The notes under the pieces: model-generated
What the model saw: the letters and a program-made list of their open reading frames with translations, nothing else
The model's database searches: none
Told to the model about the DNA's origin: nothing
In this document: positions 42,132 to 52,703 of the stretch, piece by piece
How positions within the stretch are numbered: the stretch's first letter is position 1
Layout of the letters: the number at the start of each line of letters is the position of its first letter
Made by a program: the position numbers and the translations under genes
Assembly (NCBI GenBank): GCA_963706595.1
Contig: OY970166.1
Location: 960,001 to 1,024,000 of the forward strand
Direction of reading: 5' to 3'
From: an uncultured cyanobacterium
GTDB lineage: Bacteria; Cyanobacteriota; Cyanobacteriia; Cyanobacteriales; Nostocaceae
DNA: 64,000 bases

Positions 42132-43484
42132 TCAATTATGAATCAGCAACTGTAGATAAGCATTAAATCTGGCATTTTGCAAATCTTGAACTGCTATCCG
42201 AGAATCTTTCACGCAATATTGCCAACCCAAGCGCACCAATTGGCGAGAATTTTCTGATTGTATAATTCCAATCACTGGCGTTTTGGCATTTTCCTTATCC
42301 CCTGAGTGTTGTTGTAAAATTGTTTTTAAATTATGTTGTGTTTGGATGTCACCTGCTTGTTGAGGATTGAGTTCCACCATTAACATTTGGACTGATTCAA
42401 CTGGTTCTACATCTTCAACAATCAGTTGAGTTTGGTCATCTCGCCTGTCTACTTTACCCCAGAGAATTAACCGCTTATCAACTATGAGTTGTTCACTGAT
42501 GCGTTCATAAGTTTTGGGAAAAACAATGGCTTCCGATTGTGTAGTTAAATCTTCTATTTGCAAAATTGCCATTTGCTCGCCTTTTTTGGTCATCACTTTT
42601 TTGACATTATTCAGCATGATGACCGCACAAACTTTTGTATCTTCTTTTTCGCCATTAAGTTGGGAAAGGTTAATAGGAGTCAGCACTGATGCGGCTTTCC
42701 TTAAAGATTTTAATGGATGCTCTGACACATAAAAACCCAGCAATTCTTTTTCCTTACGTAACTTTTCCTGCGGGGGAATATCCGCCACAGGAGCAGCTTT
42801 AGGAACGGCTTCAAAAGCATTACTTGCTGTTTTATTATCCGTAAAACTACCACCTAAACCTGAAAAATCAAAGAGATTTCCCTGACCGCTAGCCCGATCT
42901 TTATCGCGGGATTGCGCCCAATCGTAAACCAGTCCTAAATCATTAATCAACTGTTGCCGATTTGATTCAATTTTGTCAAAGGCTCCACAGTAAATTAAGG
43001 ATTCCACAGTGCGGCGGTTAACAGCACGCAGATCAACGCGATCGCAAAAATCAGCAAGGGTTTGAAATTCGCCGCCCTCATCTCTGGCTGACAAAATCGA
43101 GGCGATCGCATTTTGTCCCACATTCCGCACTGCTGTAAATCCAAATAAAATCTTCCCGGCGGCTGGTGTAAAATCTAACCCCGAACGATTAACGTCTGGT
43201 GGGTCTATGACAATACCCATATTCGCGCAGTTATTAATATATTTCTGCACTTTATCGGTATCGCCACTGTTCGCCGTCAACAGCGCCGCCATATACTCTA
43301 AAGGATAATTAGCTTTTAAATATGCAGTTTGATAAGTGACATATCCATAAGCAGTTGAATGGGATTTATTGAAACAATTGGAGGCGATTAAACCATTTTT
43401 AATCGTAAAATTATGGTAACGCTCAACCCCAATATCATAGACATTCTCTCTGCCTACAAATTTACGAGCCGTGATTTTGACCAT
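42132..43484 (-). CDS. dnaE: DNA polymerase III alpha subunit, C-terminal half, with split-intein C fragment (DnaE-c)
   Basis: 36-aa IntC ending ...HNF.IKNGLIASN, followed by CFNKSHS.AY; EKELLGFYVSEHPL; OB fold. Confidence 0.97.
   Translation of the reverse strand: MVKITARKFVGRENVYDIGVERYHNFTIKNGLIASNCFNKSHSTAYGYVTYQTAYLKANYPLEYMAALLTANSGDTDKVQKYINNCANMGIVIDPPDVNRSGLDFTPAAGKILFGFTAVRNVGQNAIASILSARDEGGEFQTLADFCDRVDLRAVNRRTVESLIYCGAFDKIESNRQQLINDLGLVYDWAQSRDKDRASGQGNLFDFSGLGGSFTDNKTASNAFEAVPKAAPVADIPPQEKLRKEKELLGFYVSEHPLKSLRKAASVLTPINLSQLNGEKEDTKVCAVIMLNNVKKVMTKKGEQMAILQIEDLTTQSEAIVFPKTYERISEQLIVDKRLILWGKVDRRDDQTQLIVEDVEPVESVQMLMVELNPQQAGDIQTQHNLKTILQQHSGDKENAKTPVIGIIQSENSRQLVRLGWQYCVKDSRIAVQDLQNARFNAYLQLLIHN
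43377..43484 (-). other. DnaE split intein, C-terminal fragment (IntC)
   Basis: MVKITARKFVGRENVYDIGVERYHNFTIKNGLIASN|C: block F VYDIGV..HNF, terminal Asn, +1 Cys. Confidence 0.95.
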
Positions 43485-43515
43485 TTTTCTTAACCTGCAA
43501 AAAAAATAAGTAAAA

Positions 43516-43660
43516 GGGAGTAGGGAGTGGGGAGTGGGGAGTGGGGAGTGGGGGAGAAGAAGAATGGTTGTTAAGTAACCGGAAGTTAGTTTAAAATAAT
43601 TTCTTACTCTCCCTTGCTCCCTGCTCCCTGCTCCCCTGCCTCTTCTGGGGAGTGGGGAAT
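43516..43660. repeat. bipartite STRR block (GGGGAGT then CCCTGCT)
   Basis: Tandem heptamers upstream of dnaE-c. Confidence 0.85.
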
Positions 43661-43722
43661 GACCCCTGTGTTCGGCGCTCCTGCTTCTTGTTGGACTCGC
43701 TCAAAATAATTCTAGACCTCAA

Positions 43723-43840
43723 TAGGACTTACGCATAATCTACGTTTTCTTGGCGTTCTTCTCCCAAGGGGAGACGCTACGCGAAGGCGACTTGGCGGTT
43801 CGATAAATCAAGATTTTTGGAAATTGTGGCGTAAGTCCTG
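43723..43840. mobile_element. MITE with 5-bp CTCAA target duplication
   Basis: CTCAA|TAGGACTTACGC...GCGTAAGTCCTG|CTCAA; internal CTTGGCG repeats and a short dispersed repeat. Confidence 0.8.
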
Positions 43841-44238
43841 CTCAATAGGCGTTTTCACTTCATCAAGAGTAACGGATGCTGGAGCAAACCCTGTATTACC
43901 AATGATTTTTGGCAAGGGGATTGATGGTGAAGCGAATGGTGCTAGTATAGTCAAAATATAAGATAAGTAGACAACGTAAAAGGTATTTCCGAGTTGAAAT
44001 ACTAATTAAGCCAATCTAGCGATTTCGTAGTCTACCAACTAAATAAACACACAAAACCGGTTTGTTATAGTACGGCAGGACAGTCCGGATTTTAGGCTTG
44101 GGGAGAAAATGCCTCTACTTTGATATGCTGTGTCAAAGCAAGCAGCTTCGTAGAACCAAGAATTTCCTGATTTATAATCAGGGAAGTGTCAAAATTGAAT
44201 GTCTGGGTAAAGTTAACAGGATTAGATTAAGGAAACTC

Positions 44239-44847
44239 ATGTCCCGATATAGAGGGCCACGCCTCAGAATTGTCCGTCGCTTAGGCGAATTGCCAGGATT
44301 AAGTCGCAAAACTGCTAGACGAGCCTATCCACCAGGCCAACATGGTCAGAACCGCAAAAAACGTTCTGAGTATGCAGTCCGTCTCGAAGAAAAGCAAAAA
44401 ATTCGGATGAACTACGGTTTGACCGAAAAGCAACTGCTGCGCTATGTGCGTAAAGCTAGACGCGTCACTGGTTCTACCGGACAAGTGCTGCTACAAATGC
44501 TAGAAATGCGCTTGGATAATACCGTTTTTCGCTTGGGTATGGCTCCCACGATTCCAGCTGCTCGTCAACTGGTAAATCACGGTCATGTCACAGTTAACGG
44601 TAAGCGAGTTGATATTGCTAGTTACCAGTGCCGTCCCGGTGAAGTAGTTGCAATTAGAGACAGGGAAGCTTCACGGAAGTTGGTAGAAGCCAATTTGCAA
44701 TATCCCGGTTTAGCCAATCTCCCCAGTCATCTGGAATTTGATAAAGCTAAATTGACTGGTAAAGTTAACAGCGTCATTGAACGAGAATGGGTGGCGTTAC
44801 AAGTTAATGAACTGCTTGTTGTGGAATACTACTCACGTCAAGCTTAG
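44239..44847 (+). CDS. rpsD: 30S ribosomal protein S4
   Basis: [40 protein letters not shown]; upstream in-frame extension is not coding. Confidence 0.98.
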   Translation: MSRYRGPRLRIVRRLGELPGLSRKTARRAYPPGQHGQNRKKRSEYAVRLEEKQKIRMNYGLTEKQLLRYVRKARRVTGSTGQVLLQMLEMRLDNTVFRLGMAPTIPAARQLVNHGHVTVNGKRVDIASYQCRPGEVVAIRDREASRKLVEANLQYPGLANLPSHLEFDKAKLTGKVNSVIEREWVALQVNELLVVEYYSRQA

Positions 44848-44891
44848 TTATTAGTCTTTGGTCATTGGAGTGTGGATTTAATAAAATATAG

Positions 44892-44931
44892 AACCTCACC
44901 CCCAGCCCCTCTCCTTAGTAAGGAGAGGGGA
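44892..44931. repeat. CCCCTCTCCTT/AAGGAGAGGGG hairpin repeat family
   Basis: Relatives at 53797-53885, ~58477-58501 and ~61638-61678. Confidence 0.75.
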
Positions 44932-45023
44932 GTCTTTGATGGAAGTTAAAGATGGAGTGCAGTAATAAAACAAGATTTGCACGTGATTTCATTCACAAAT
45001 GACAAATGACCAATGACCAATGA

Positions 45024-46010
45024 CTAACCCCCAATTTGCGACATGGTACGGCTGTAAAGACCGACTGTACCAGAGTCGCGCTCTTTAAAGTTAATTTCTG
45101 GTTTGATTGCTAATAGCTGTTTGACTTGTTCTTGAAGTTTGTCAGTGCTAGTTCCAGCACGTAGCGCCGTTTTTAAATCAATTTGCCCAGTTTCATTGAG
45201 TAGACAGGGACGCAGCCAACCATCGGCAGAAAAGCGCATTCGGTTACAGCGATCGCAAAAACATTCTGACATTTGACTAATAAATCCCAGGGTTCCCTTC
45301 GCGCCTGGAATTTGAAAGACATCAGCCGGACCCGCACCACAAACTTGGGATGTTGTCAAGCCCCAGCGATCGCGGATACGTTGGCGTAAGTCCTCTGAAG
45401 ATACCCAACCGCGATCGCCAAATAAATCGCCATTACCAATAGGCATAAACTCAATAAATCTGACGTGCCATTGCTTATCAATGGTTAACGCCGCTAAATC
45501 CAGAATTTCATGGTCATTGACACCAGGAATCACCACCACATTCAGCTTCAAAGGGTTAAATCCTACACTGTATGCAGCTTGAATCCCGCGCCAAACTTGT
45601 TGCCAACGAGAACGACCACGATTGCCGATAATTTGGTCAAAGGTGTCTGAGTCAAGGGAATCTAGGCTAATATTTATCCGCCGGAGACCAGCATCATAGA
45701 GGTTTTGGGCTTGGGAGGCTAATAGAAACCCGTTGGTAGTCATAGAGAGGTCTTGGGTTTGGGGTAAAGATGCGATCGCCTGGATTAAATCTGCCACACG
45801 AGGGCGCAGCAAAGGTTCCCCACCCGTCAACCGAAACCGGGTAAAACCCACAGGAATAAATACCTCTTGAATCAGCGTCAGCAATTCCTCATCAGTTAAT
45901 AATTCTTGCTTAAGCAGATAATCTAATTCTGCCCCCTCTGGCATACAGTACTGACAACGAAAATTACAGCGATCAATAAGGCTAATTCGGAGATAGTCTA
46001 CCTGGTTCAT
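45024..46010 (-). CDS. moaA: GTP 3',8-cyclase (molybdenum cofactor biosynthesis)
   Basis: YLRISL.DRCNFRC.YC, TGGEP, FC..CNR.R...G...PCL, MSQIGG; true ATG at 46010. Confidence 0.96.
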   Translation of the reverse strand: MNQVDYLRISLIDRCNFRCQYCMPEGAELDYLLKQELLTDEELLTLIQEVFIPVGFTRFRLTGGEPLLRPRVADLIQAIASLPQTQDLSMTTNGFLLASQAQNLYDAGLRRINISLDSLDSDTFDQIIGNRGRSRWQQVWRGIQAAYSVGFNPLKLNVVVIPGVNDHEILDLAALTIDKQWHVRFIEFMPIGNGDLFGDRGWVSSEDLRQRIRDRWGLTTSQVCGAGPADVFQIPGAKGTLGFISQMSECFCDRCNRMRFSADGWLRPCLLNETGQIDLKTALRAGTSTDKLQEQVKQLLAIKPEINFKERDSGTVGLYSRTMSQIGG

Positions 46011-46044
46011 GGTTTCGTGTTTATTCTCTATCCTACAAAGTGCT

Positions 46045-46250
46045 GAGTGGGGAGTGGGGAATAGGGAATGGGGAGTGGGGAGTGGGGAATGGGGAGTGGG
46101 GAATAGGGAATGGGGAATAGGATTCAGACTTGTCCCCTGCCCCCTGCCTCTTCTCCCCTGCCCCCTGCACCCTGCCCCCCTGCCTCTTCTGCCCCCTGCC
46201 CCCTGCCCCCCTGCCTCTTCTCCCCTGCCCCCTGCCCCCCTGCCTCTTCG
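46045..46250. repeat. bipartite STRR block (GGGGAGT/GGGGAAT then CCCCTGC)
   Basis: Between kdpC and moaA; generates spurious low-complexity ORFs. Confidence 0.92.
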
Positions 46251-46251
46251 C

Positions 46252-46845
46252 TCACTGGCGGTTAATATCTTGCAGGTCAAGAGCATAATTCAATCGCAGC
46301 ACATTCACTCCCGGCTCACCAAAAATCCAGAGAAATCTTCTATCAGTAAATCTATTAATTAAAGGTAATATTTCATCTTCTCTGATATCACGGGAGCCAG
46401 CAACTCGCCTCAACTGCTGCCTTGCTGCGCTCAAAGAAATATGTGGATCTAAACCAGAACCAGAAGTATAAATTAAATCAGCAAGGGGTTGAATATTATC
46501 ATCTCGAAATTGATTTGCCTTGGCGACAATTCGATCTAGCAGGGCTGGATTGCTAGGAGCAAAATTGCTAGCACCAGATATGCCAGTTGGACTTGCCTGT
46601 TCTCCTTGGCTATATCTCACACTACTGGGACGACTGTGAAAATAACCATCGGATGTGAATGTCTGACCAATTAAAGCCGAACCAATTGCTTGTGCTTCTA
46701 CATTCGCCATAATGCTGCCATTAGCTTGAAATGGAAACAAAGTTTGACCCATGATCAAGATTGCCAGAGGATAGATAATTGCCGTGAGTAACCAAAGCAC
46801 AAGAGTCATGCGAACAGCTTTGATAATTTCTCGAATAAAAGTCAT
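46252..46845 (-). CDS. kdpC: K+-transporting ATPase subunit C
   Basis: [51 protein letters not shown]. Confidence 0.95.
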   Translation of the reverse strand: MTFIREIIKAVRMTLVLWLLTAIIYPLAILIMGQTLFPFQANGSIMANVEAQAIGSALIGQTFTSDGYFHSRPSSVRYSQGEQASPTGISGASNFAPSNPALLDRIVAKANQFRDDNIQPLADLIYTSGSGLDPHISLSAARQQLRRVAGSRDIREDEILPLINRFTDRRFLWIFGEPGVNVLRLNYALDLQDINRQ

Positions 46846-46969
46846 ACAATTTGGGATTTTAGATTTTAGATTTGGGATTTTGGTGAAGCAGGGCTTTACA
46901 ACTACGCTCAGGGTCAAAGTTATTGATGTTATTTATATTTTTTATTCACCCGCCCAATACTCTGTTTTT

Positions 46970-49063
46970 TTACCCCAATCCAGTTGTGGCAATTAGCGTA
47001 TCTATAAACTTAATAGCGATAAACGGTGCAATTAAGCCACCCAAACCATAAATCAAGAAATGGCGTTGTAGCAATTGATTTGCTGTCAGGTATTTTAACT
47101 GCACACCTCTCAAAGCCAAAGGAATTAAAGCAGGAATAATCAAAGCATTATAAATTAGTGTCGATAATACAGCAGAATTAGCGCTGGACAAATTCATAAT
47201 ATTCAAACTTTGCAGATTAGCGGCGGTAAAGATGAATGGGATAATTGCCAAGTATTTAGCAAGATTATTCGCCAGGGAAAATGTAGTCAAAACTCCACGG
47301 GTAATCAGTAATTCCTTACCAATATTCACGATATCAATCAGCTTTGTGGGATCAGAGTCCAAATCTATAATGTCGGCTGCTTCTTTAGCAGCTTGAGTAC
47401 CTGTATTCATGACAACACCAACATTTGCCTTTACTAGGGCGGGAGCATCGTTAGTGCCGTCTCCTGTCATGGCTACGACTTTACCTGCTACTTGTTCTCT
47501 GTGAATAACCCTAACTTTCTCCTCTGGCGTAGCTTCAGCAATAAAGTCATTTACTCCGGCTTCGTGGGCAATCACAGATGCGGTAATCAGGTTGTCACCA
47601 GTGATCATGATCGTGCTGATGCCCATGCGGCGTAACTGCTCAAAACGTTCCCGGATACCAGGTTTAATGATGTCTTTGAGATAAATCACCCCATAAATCT
47701 CCTGATCTAGACAAACTGCTAGGGGTGTACCACCTTGTTGAGAAATTCTTTCGTAGACAGCATTCAGTTCTGAGGGTGCTTGTCCATTACGCTGACGGAT
47801 AAATTCTCTAATTGCTCCTACTGCTCCCTTACGGGCTTCACGCCCCCCAGGCAAGTTTGTGCCACTCATCAGGGTTACGTCAGAAAATTCCACTCCTACA
47901 GCTTGGTTGGTGTCAAAATCAAATTGAGCGCCAAGGCTTTGTGCCAGTCGGATAATTGATTTGCCTTCAGGTGTATCGTCAAATACACTAGCTGCCCAAG
48001 CAACATGAGCCATTTCCTGTAATGAGTGGCCATTAATCGGGGTAAACTCTTCTGCCAAACGATTGCCAAGGGTAATTGTGCCTGTTTTGTCAAGAATGAG
48101 GGTGTTGACATCGCCACAGGCTTCTACGGCTCTTCCAGAGGTGGCTATGATGTTAAATTGAGCAACCCGATCCATGCCAGCAATACCAATGGCGCTTAAT
48201 AATCCGCCGATGGTAGTGGGAATCAGCGCTACCAACAGGGCGATCAAAATTGGGACGCTGACTGGACTTTCGATATAGTATGCGTAAGCGGGCAATGTGG
48301 CCACGGACAAGAGACAGACTAAGCTCAGAACGGCTAGTAAGATTGTTAAGGTAATTTCATTTGGTGTTTTGCTGCGGTTTTTTCCTTCTAATAAAGTAAT
48401 CATCTGGTCAATAAACCCTTGATCAGGGTCAGATGTGATGCGGACAATCAGTTCATCAGAGATGATCCGCGTACCACCGATTACCGAACTGGCAACATCC
48501 GAGCCTGATTCTTTGAGGATTGGTACTGATTCCCCCATAATTACTGATTCATCCACCGAGGCCACACCCATGATGACTTTGCCATCAGCAGGAATGATAT
48601 CACCTGCGACCAAATAGATGGTGTCACTTTGTCTGAGGGTAGTGGAAGGCACTTCAAAAATTGTGCCATCGGCGGCAAGTTTTTTGGCGATGGTCTCTGA
48701 TTTGACGGATCGCAAGGCATCGGCTTGGGCTTTACCCCGTCCTTCAGCGAATGCTTCGGCAAAATTAGCCAGCCAAACCGTGAGAAACAAAATTCCTGTC
48801 AATAAGCCGTTAAAAAGTTGAGAGTTATTCTCTTGGGCTGTGCCAAATAAGTTAGGTTCAATGGTGAATACTAGGGTGACAAGTGTTCCCAACCAAACCA
48901 AAAACATGACGGGATTTTTAATGGCATATTTAGGATTAAGCTTGACAAAAGCATCCTTGATGGCTCTGAAATACAGTTTTTTGGGATTTAACTTGGTTTT
49001 TTTGAGGGCTTGGCGGCAATTGCCAGAACGAAATCTTGATTTAGAAGTAGGTGCAACGTTCAT
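46970..49063 (-). CDS. kdpB: K+-transporting ATPase subunit B (P-type)
   Basis: NPVMF, AEGRGKAQA, IPTTIGGLL, DKTGT, TGDN, GDGTND; true ATG at 49063. Confidence 0.95.
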   Translation of the reverse strand: MNVAPTSKSRFRSGNCRQALKKTKLNPKKLYFRAIKDAFVKLNPKYAIKNPVMFLVWLGTLVTLVFTIEPNLFGTAQENNSQLFNGLLTGILFLTVWLANFAEAFAEGRGKAQADALRSVKSETIAKKLAADGTIFEVPSTTLRQSDTIYLVAGDIIPADGKVIMGVASVDESVIMGESVPILKESGSDVASSVIGGTRIISDELIVRITSDPDQGFIDQMITLLEGKNRSKTPNEITLTILLAVLSLVCLLSVATLPAYAYYIESPVSVPILIALLVALIPTTIGGLLSAIGIAGMDRVAQFNIIATSGRAVEACGDVNTLILDKTGTITLGNRLAEEFTPINGHSLQEMAHVAWAASVFDDTPEGKSIIRLAQSLGAQFDFDTNQAVGVEFSDVTLMSGTNLPGGREARKGAVGAIREFIRQRNGQAPSELNAVYERISQQGGTPLAVCLDQEIYGVIYLKDIIKPGIRERFEQLRRMGISTIMITGDNLITASVIAHEAGVNDFIAEATPEEKVRVIHREQVAGKVVAMTGDGTNDAPALVKANVGVVMNTGTQAAKEAADIIDLDSDPTKLIDIVNIGKELLITRGVLTTFSLANNLAKYLAIIPFIFTAANLQSLNIMNLSSANSAVLSTLIYNALIIPALIPLALRGVQLKYLTANQLLQRHFLIYGLGGLIAPFIAIKFIDTLIATTGLG

Positions 49064-49069
49064 TTTATG

Positions 49070-49508
49070 TAGGGAGTGGGGAATAGGGAGTGGGGAGTGG
49101 GGAGTGGAGAGTTGGGAGTGGGGAGTGGAGAGTTGGGAGTGGGGAATTGGGAGTGGGGAGTTGGGAGTGGGGAATAGGGAGTGGGGAGTGGGGAGTGGGG
49201 AGTGGGGAATTGGGAGTGGGGAGTGGAGAGTGGGGAGTGGGGAATTGGGAGTGGGGAGTGGAGAGTGGAGAGTGGGGAATTGGGAGTGGGATGGAAAAGT
49301 TTCTTCCCCCCTGCACCCTGCCCCCTGCACCCCTGCCTCTTCTCCCCCTGCACCCTGCCCCCTGCCCCCCTGCCTCTTTCCCCCCTGCACCCTGCCCCCT
49401 GCTCCCCTGCCTCTTCTCCCCCTGCACCCTGCCCCCTGCCCCCCTGCCTTTTCCCCCTGCGCCCTGCCCCCTGCCCCCCTGCCCCCCTGCCTCTTCTAAC
49501 TGCCTCTT
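49070..49508. repeat. ~440-bp bipartite STRR block between kdpA and kdpB
   Basis: About 30 GGGGAGT-type heptamers, then about 200 bp of CCCCTGC-type heptamers. Confidence 0.95.
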
Positions 49509-51212
49509 CTAACTGCCAGAAGCTAGTTTAAAACCTTCGGCAATGGGGCCTAAAGCCAATAGGGGAAAGAAAGCCAAGATTCCCAAAATCACCACTAATC
49601 CAGCCGTGGCGGTGGTAAATAACAGTGAGTCTGTTTTCAGGGTATTAGGGGTTTCTGGTATTGTTGGTTTACGAGACATACCATCGGCTAAGAGCAAAAT
49701 GGTAATCATCGGAATGTAGCGCCCGGCAAACATACTGAAACAGGTGCTTAAATTCCACCAGAGGGTGTTATTTTCCAATCCCTGTAAACTAGAGCCATTA
49801 TTTGCAGAGGCTGAAGCATATTCATAAACTACTTGGGAAATGCCGTGAAATCCAGGGTTAGTAATTCCAGAAAGGGAAACAGGATAAGCCAATGTAATGG
49901 CACTGGGAATTAAAACTAGAATGGGATGAATCAGCAGCACTACACTGGCAAGGATGACTTCTCGCCGTTCAATTTTGCGTCCTAAAAATTCTGGGGTGCG
50001 TCCCACGAGTAACCCGGTCAAGAATACAGTCAGAATCAGGTAAACAAACAGGTATGCTGTCCCTGTTCCCTGTCCTCCCCAGATGATGCGAAGGAATAAG
50101 TTTGATAAGCTCGAAAATAATCCTTGTGGCGTTAAGGAATCATGCATCCCGTTGACTGCACCGCAGGCGGTGGCGGTAGTTATGACTGCCCAAAGTGCTG
50201 TTTGTGTCCAACCCAATCGAATTTCTTTGCCCTCTAAATTAGGCAGTTCTAATCCCAATGTGCTATTCACGAGGAAATTACCTTGTTGTTCTCCGCCCAC
50301 TGCTACCGAAATTAAAATCACGAATACTGCAAATACCATCCAGAATAGTTGCCAAGCTTGTTTAAGATTTTGAGCAAATATACCGTAGGTATAGATTAAG
50401 GATGCTGGAATGGCAATCATGGCGATGATTTCGATTAAATTAGCAGCGCCGTTGGGATTTTCAAAGGGGTGGGCTGAGTTAACGCCAAAAAAACCGCCGC
50501 CGTTATCACCCAACATTTTAATCATCTCAAAGGATGCTACTGGACCTCTGGCAATATATTGGGTTCTGCCTTCTAAGGTTTGCACAACTAAGGTGGGATC
50601 TAATGTTTGCGGTACGCCGCAGAAAACTAAGGCGATCGCACCAATCACTGAGATAGGTAGTAATATTCTCGTGATGGCACGAGTCAAATCAACGTAAAAG
50701 TTACCTAGTTTTTTGCCTGTCAAGCCGCGAATAAAAGCAATTCCTACCGCTAAACCTGTGGCTGCTGAGGTGAACATCAAAAAGCCTAAAGCTGCTACTT
50801 GGCTAAAATAGCTTAATGTGGTTTCCCCAGTGTAGTGCTGCTGGTCGGTATTGGTGACAAATGAAACAACTGTGTGCAGCAATATATCCCAGCTAGGCGC
50901 ACCAAAACCATTGGGATTCCAGGGTAGTAATCGCTGAAAAAATATTATTGCGTATACAAAAATACCCATAACTAAGTTGGTAGACAGTAATGCCCGAATA
51001 TACTGCCAACCCGTCTGTAGCTTGCCACCGTAGGCATCACCTTGACTCCGAACACCTGCTAAAACGAAGCAGTAGCGCTCTATAGGATTCATTAACGGAT
51101 CAAGCAGTGTTCTTTCTCCCAAGAAAACACGCGCCATGTATCTTCCCAAAACCGGAACGATTGCTATAACAATACACAGCGTTAAGCCGATTTGCAAAAA
51201 ACCTTGTCCCAT
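49509..51212 (-). CDS. kdpA: K+-transporting ATPase subunit A
   Basis: [39 protein letters not shown]...SASANNGS. Confidence 0.95.
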   Translation of the reverse strand: MGQGFLQIGLTLCIVIAIVPVLGRYMARVFLGERTLLDPLMNPIERYCFVLAGVRSQGDAYGGKLQTGWQYIRALLSTNLVMGIFVYAIIFFQRLLPWNPNGFGAPSWDILLHTVVSFVTNTDQQHYTGETTLSYFSQVAALGFLMFTSAATGLAVGIAFIRGLTGKKLGNFYVDLTRAITRILLPISVIGAIALVFCGVPQTLDPTLVVQTLEGRTQYIARGPVASFEMIKMLGDNGGGFFGVNSAHPFENPNGAANLIEIIAMIAIPASLIYTYGIFAQNLKQAWQLFWMVFAVFVILISVAVGGEQQGNFLVNSTLGLELPNLEGKEIRLGWTQTALWAVITTATACGAVNGMHDSLTPQGLFSSLSNLFLRIIWGGQGTGTAYLFVYLILTVFLTGLLVGRTPEFLGRKIERREVILASVVLLIHPILVLIPSAITLAYPVSLSGITNPGFHGISQVVYEYASASANNGSSLQGLENNTLWWNLSTCFSMFAGRYIPMITILLLADGMSRKPTIPETPNTLKTDSLLFTTATAGLVVILGILAFFPLLALGPIAEGFKLASGS

Positions 51213-52025
51213 TTATTTCGTACTCAGTTCAAGTTCAATGATAGAAAGCTAATTATTTACATATATCAAATGAATTACTCTGCTATTAAATCACGAGCAG
51301 TTTGGTAATGTCTCTTATATATAACCTCAATCTATTTTGTTTTTTTAGTTACTACTATGTTTCAGATTGTTTTTTGCAAATTTCCGTCAAAAATACCTAA
51401 ATTTTACTCTTATATAACTTGTCAATATGACTTGGTTATACAATAAATTACTGAAATTTGCTATTTTCAAATATATGCTTAAGTAAGATACATTTATCAC
51501 ATCATAGCTCTGTATTTGTATATATTTACACTAAATATTCTCTATGTCCGTAAACTAAAGTCAAAGTTAGCAAAAAATTATATTGCATATTTATTTCGAG
51601 ATGCAAGACACTCTCAATAATGCATCCTTTTTTCCAGCCCCTAAAATGTATGAGGGTATTCTTCGCTGCTGCCTTTCCTATTCTTTGTCCGACTGGTAGC
51701 AATTGTGGTTGAGTGGCGTAGAAACCACCTCCAGGGGGGACTAAACCAAGCTAGCTATGCAGGCTAATTAGACATCTTCAGATAAAAATGGTATTAGTAG
51801 GCAAAATATTAAGTTATGTGGATTAATTCCGAAAGAAATATGAGGAAAATTAGCAAGAAGAGATTGTAGATTATATAAAGTTTATCAAGGGGTGAACGGA
51901 GGTTAAATTAAAATGTCATGTACTCTTGCTTCACTTATAGGCTAAATTTTATGGCTAGGTAATTATCCCCAAGTCATAACAGCTTACTTGAGTTTTTTAC
52001 CCTTTTGAATAATCCGAGAGTTGCT

Positions 52026-52394
52026 ATGTATCAACCATATTTATCTCCCGATGATTTACCATCCAATAAAACAACGCTTCTGAGTGGGATTTGGCTCACC
52101 CAATTAGAAGAAGCCACCAAAAACAGCTTTTTCTTAGCGTGTAAGGGTACAGTACGGGTTTTGTTATCCAGTTGTCATTGGTATTTCAAAGTCAATAGCG
52201 GGATTTTGATCTTAATTTTAGTCTGTCATGATCTCAAAAGCTATCAGCATCTAATGACGAATATTCCTTATTTAGCTAATAAGTTAAAACGATTTGCTAA
52301 CCAAGCTAAAATTAGTGTCAGTTCTCCTGTTAATGGAGGTATACCCTGGATGGTTAATATCAATGAAGTTTGGACTGGGGAAGATTCATTCTAG
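52026..52394 (+). CDS. conserved hypothetical protein
   Basis: 122 aa; PDDLP...QLEE...F..AC...LL..C.WY pattern. Confidence 0.65.
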   Translation: MYQPYLSPDDLPSNKTTLLSGIWLTQLEEATKNSFFLACKGTVRVLLSSCHWYFKVNSGILILILVCHDLKSYQHLMTNIPYLANKLKRFANQAKISVSSPVNGGIPWMVNINEVWTGEDSF

Positions 52395-52464
52395 TATTTA
52401 AATTCAAACCGCTACCAGATATATGACTTGTGTAGCACTTGTGAATCATTGAACATGGACCTAA

Positions 52465-52637
52465 GAGGTTGTTTAGAAGTCTAATTTATTACAGCCCAGG
52501 CGACTAGAAGTTGCGGCTATACAAACTAAACCCACCTTCGTGGGTTCAAAAAGTTCAATTTACATTTAGTCCGCGCAGGCGAGACGACCTTTGTGTAGTA
52601 GCGAATTATATTCGCCCAAAACTTTTCAAACATCCTC
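52465..52637. mobile_element. MITE (GAGG..GTTT termini, TAA duplication) with REP cargo
   Basis: TAA|GAGGTTGTTTAGAAGT...ACTTTTCAAACATCCTC|TAA. Confidence 0.75.
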
Positions 52638-52703
52638 TAAATTAAATATGCTTGTTATAAAACCCTTGTAGAGACGTTCTGTAGAACGGCTCTACATTCT
52701 TTA

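Noticed and set aside
44098..44238. 47-aa N-terminal extension of RpsD
   Set aside because: The conserved start MSRYRGP with an AAGGA SD is at 44239.
46009..46362. moaA N-terminal extension and antisense 117-aa ORF
   Set aside because: STRR artefacts; MoaA begins [10 protein letters not shown] at 46010.
46846..46969. kdpF/kdpG small subunit between kdpB and kdpC
   Set aside because: No hydrophobic small ORF; only heptamer and short dispersed repeats.
48840..49531. Several Gly/Trp- or Pro/His-rich ORFs and the 109-aa N-terminal extension of kdpB
   Set aside because: Translations of stop-free STRR heptamers; KdpB homology starts at ATG 49063.
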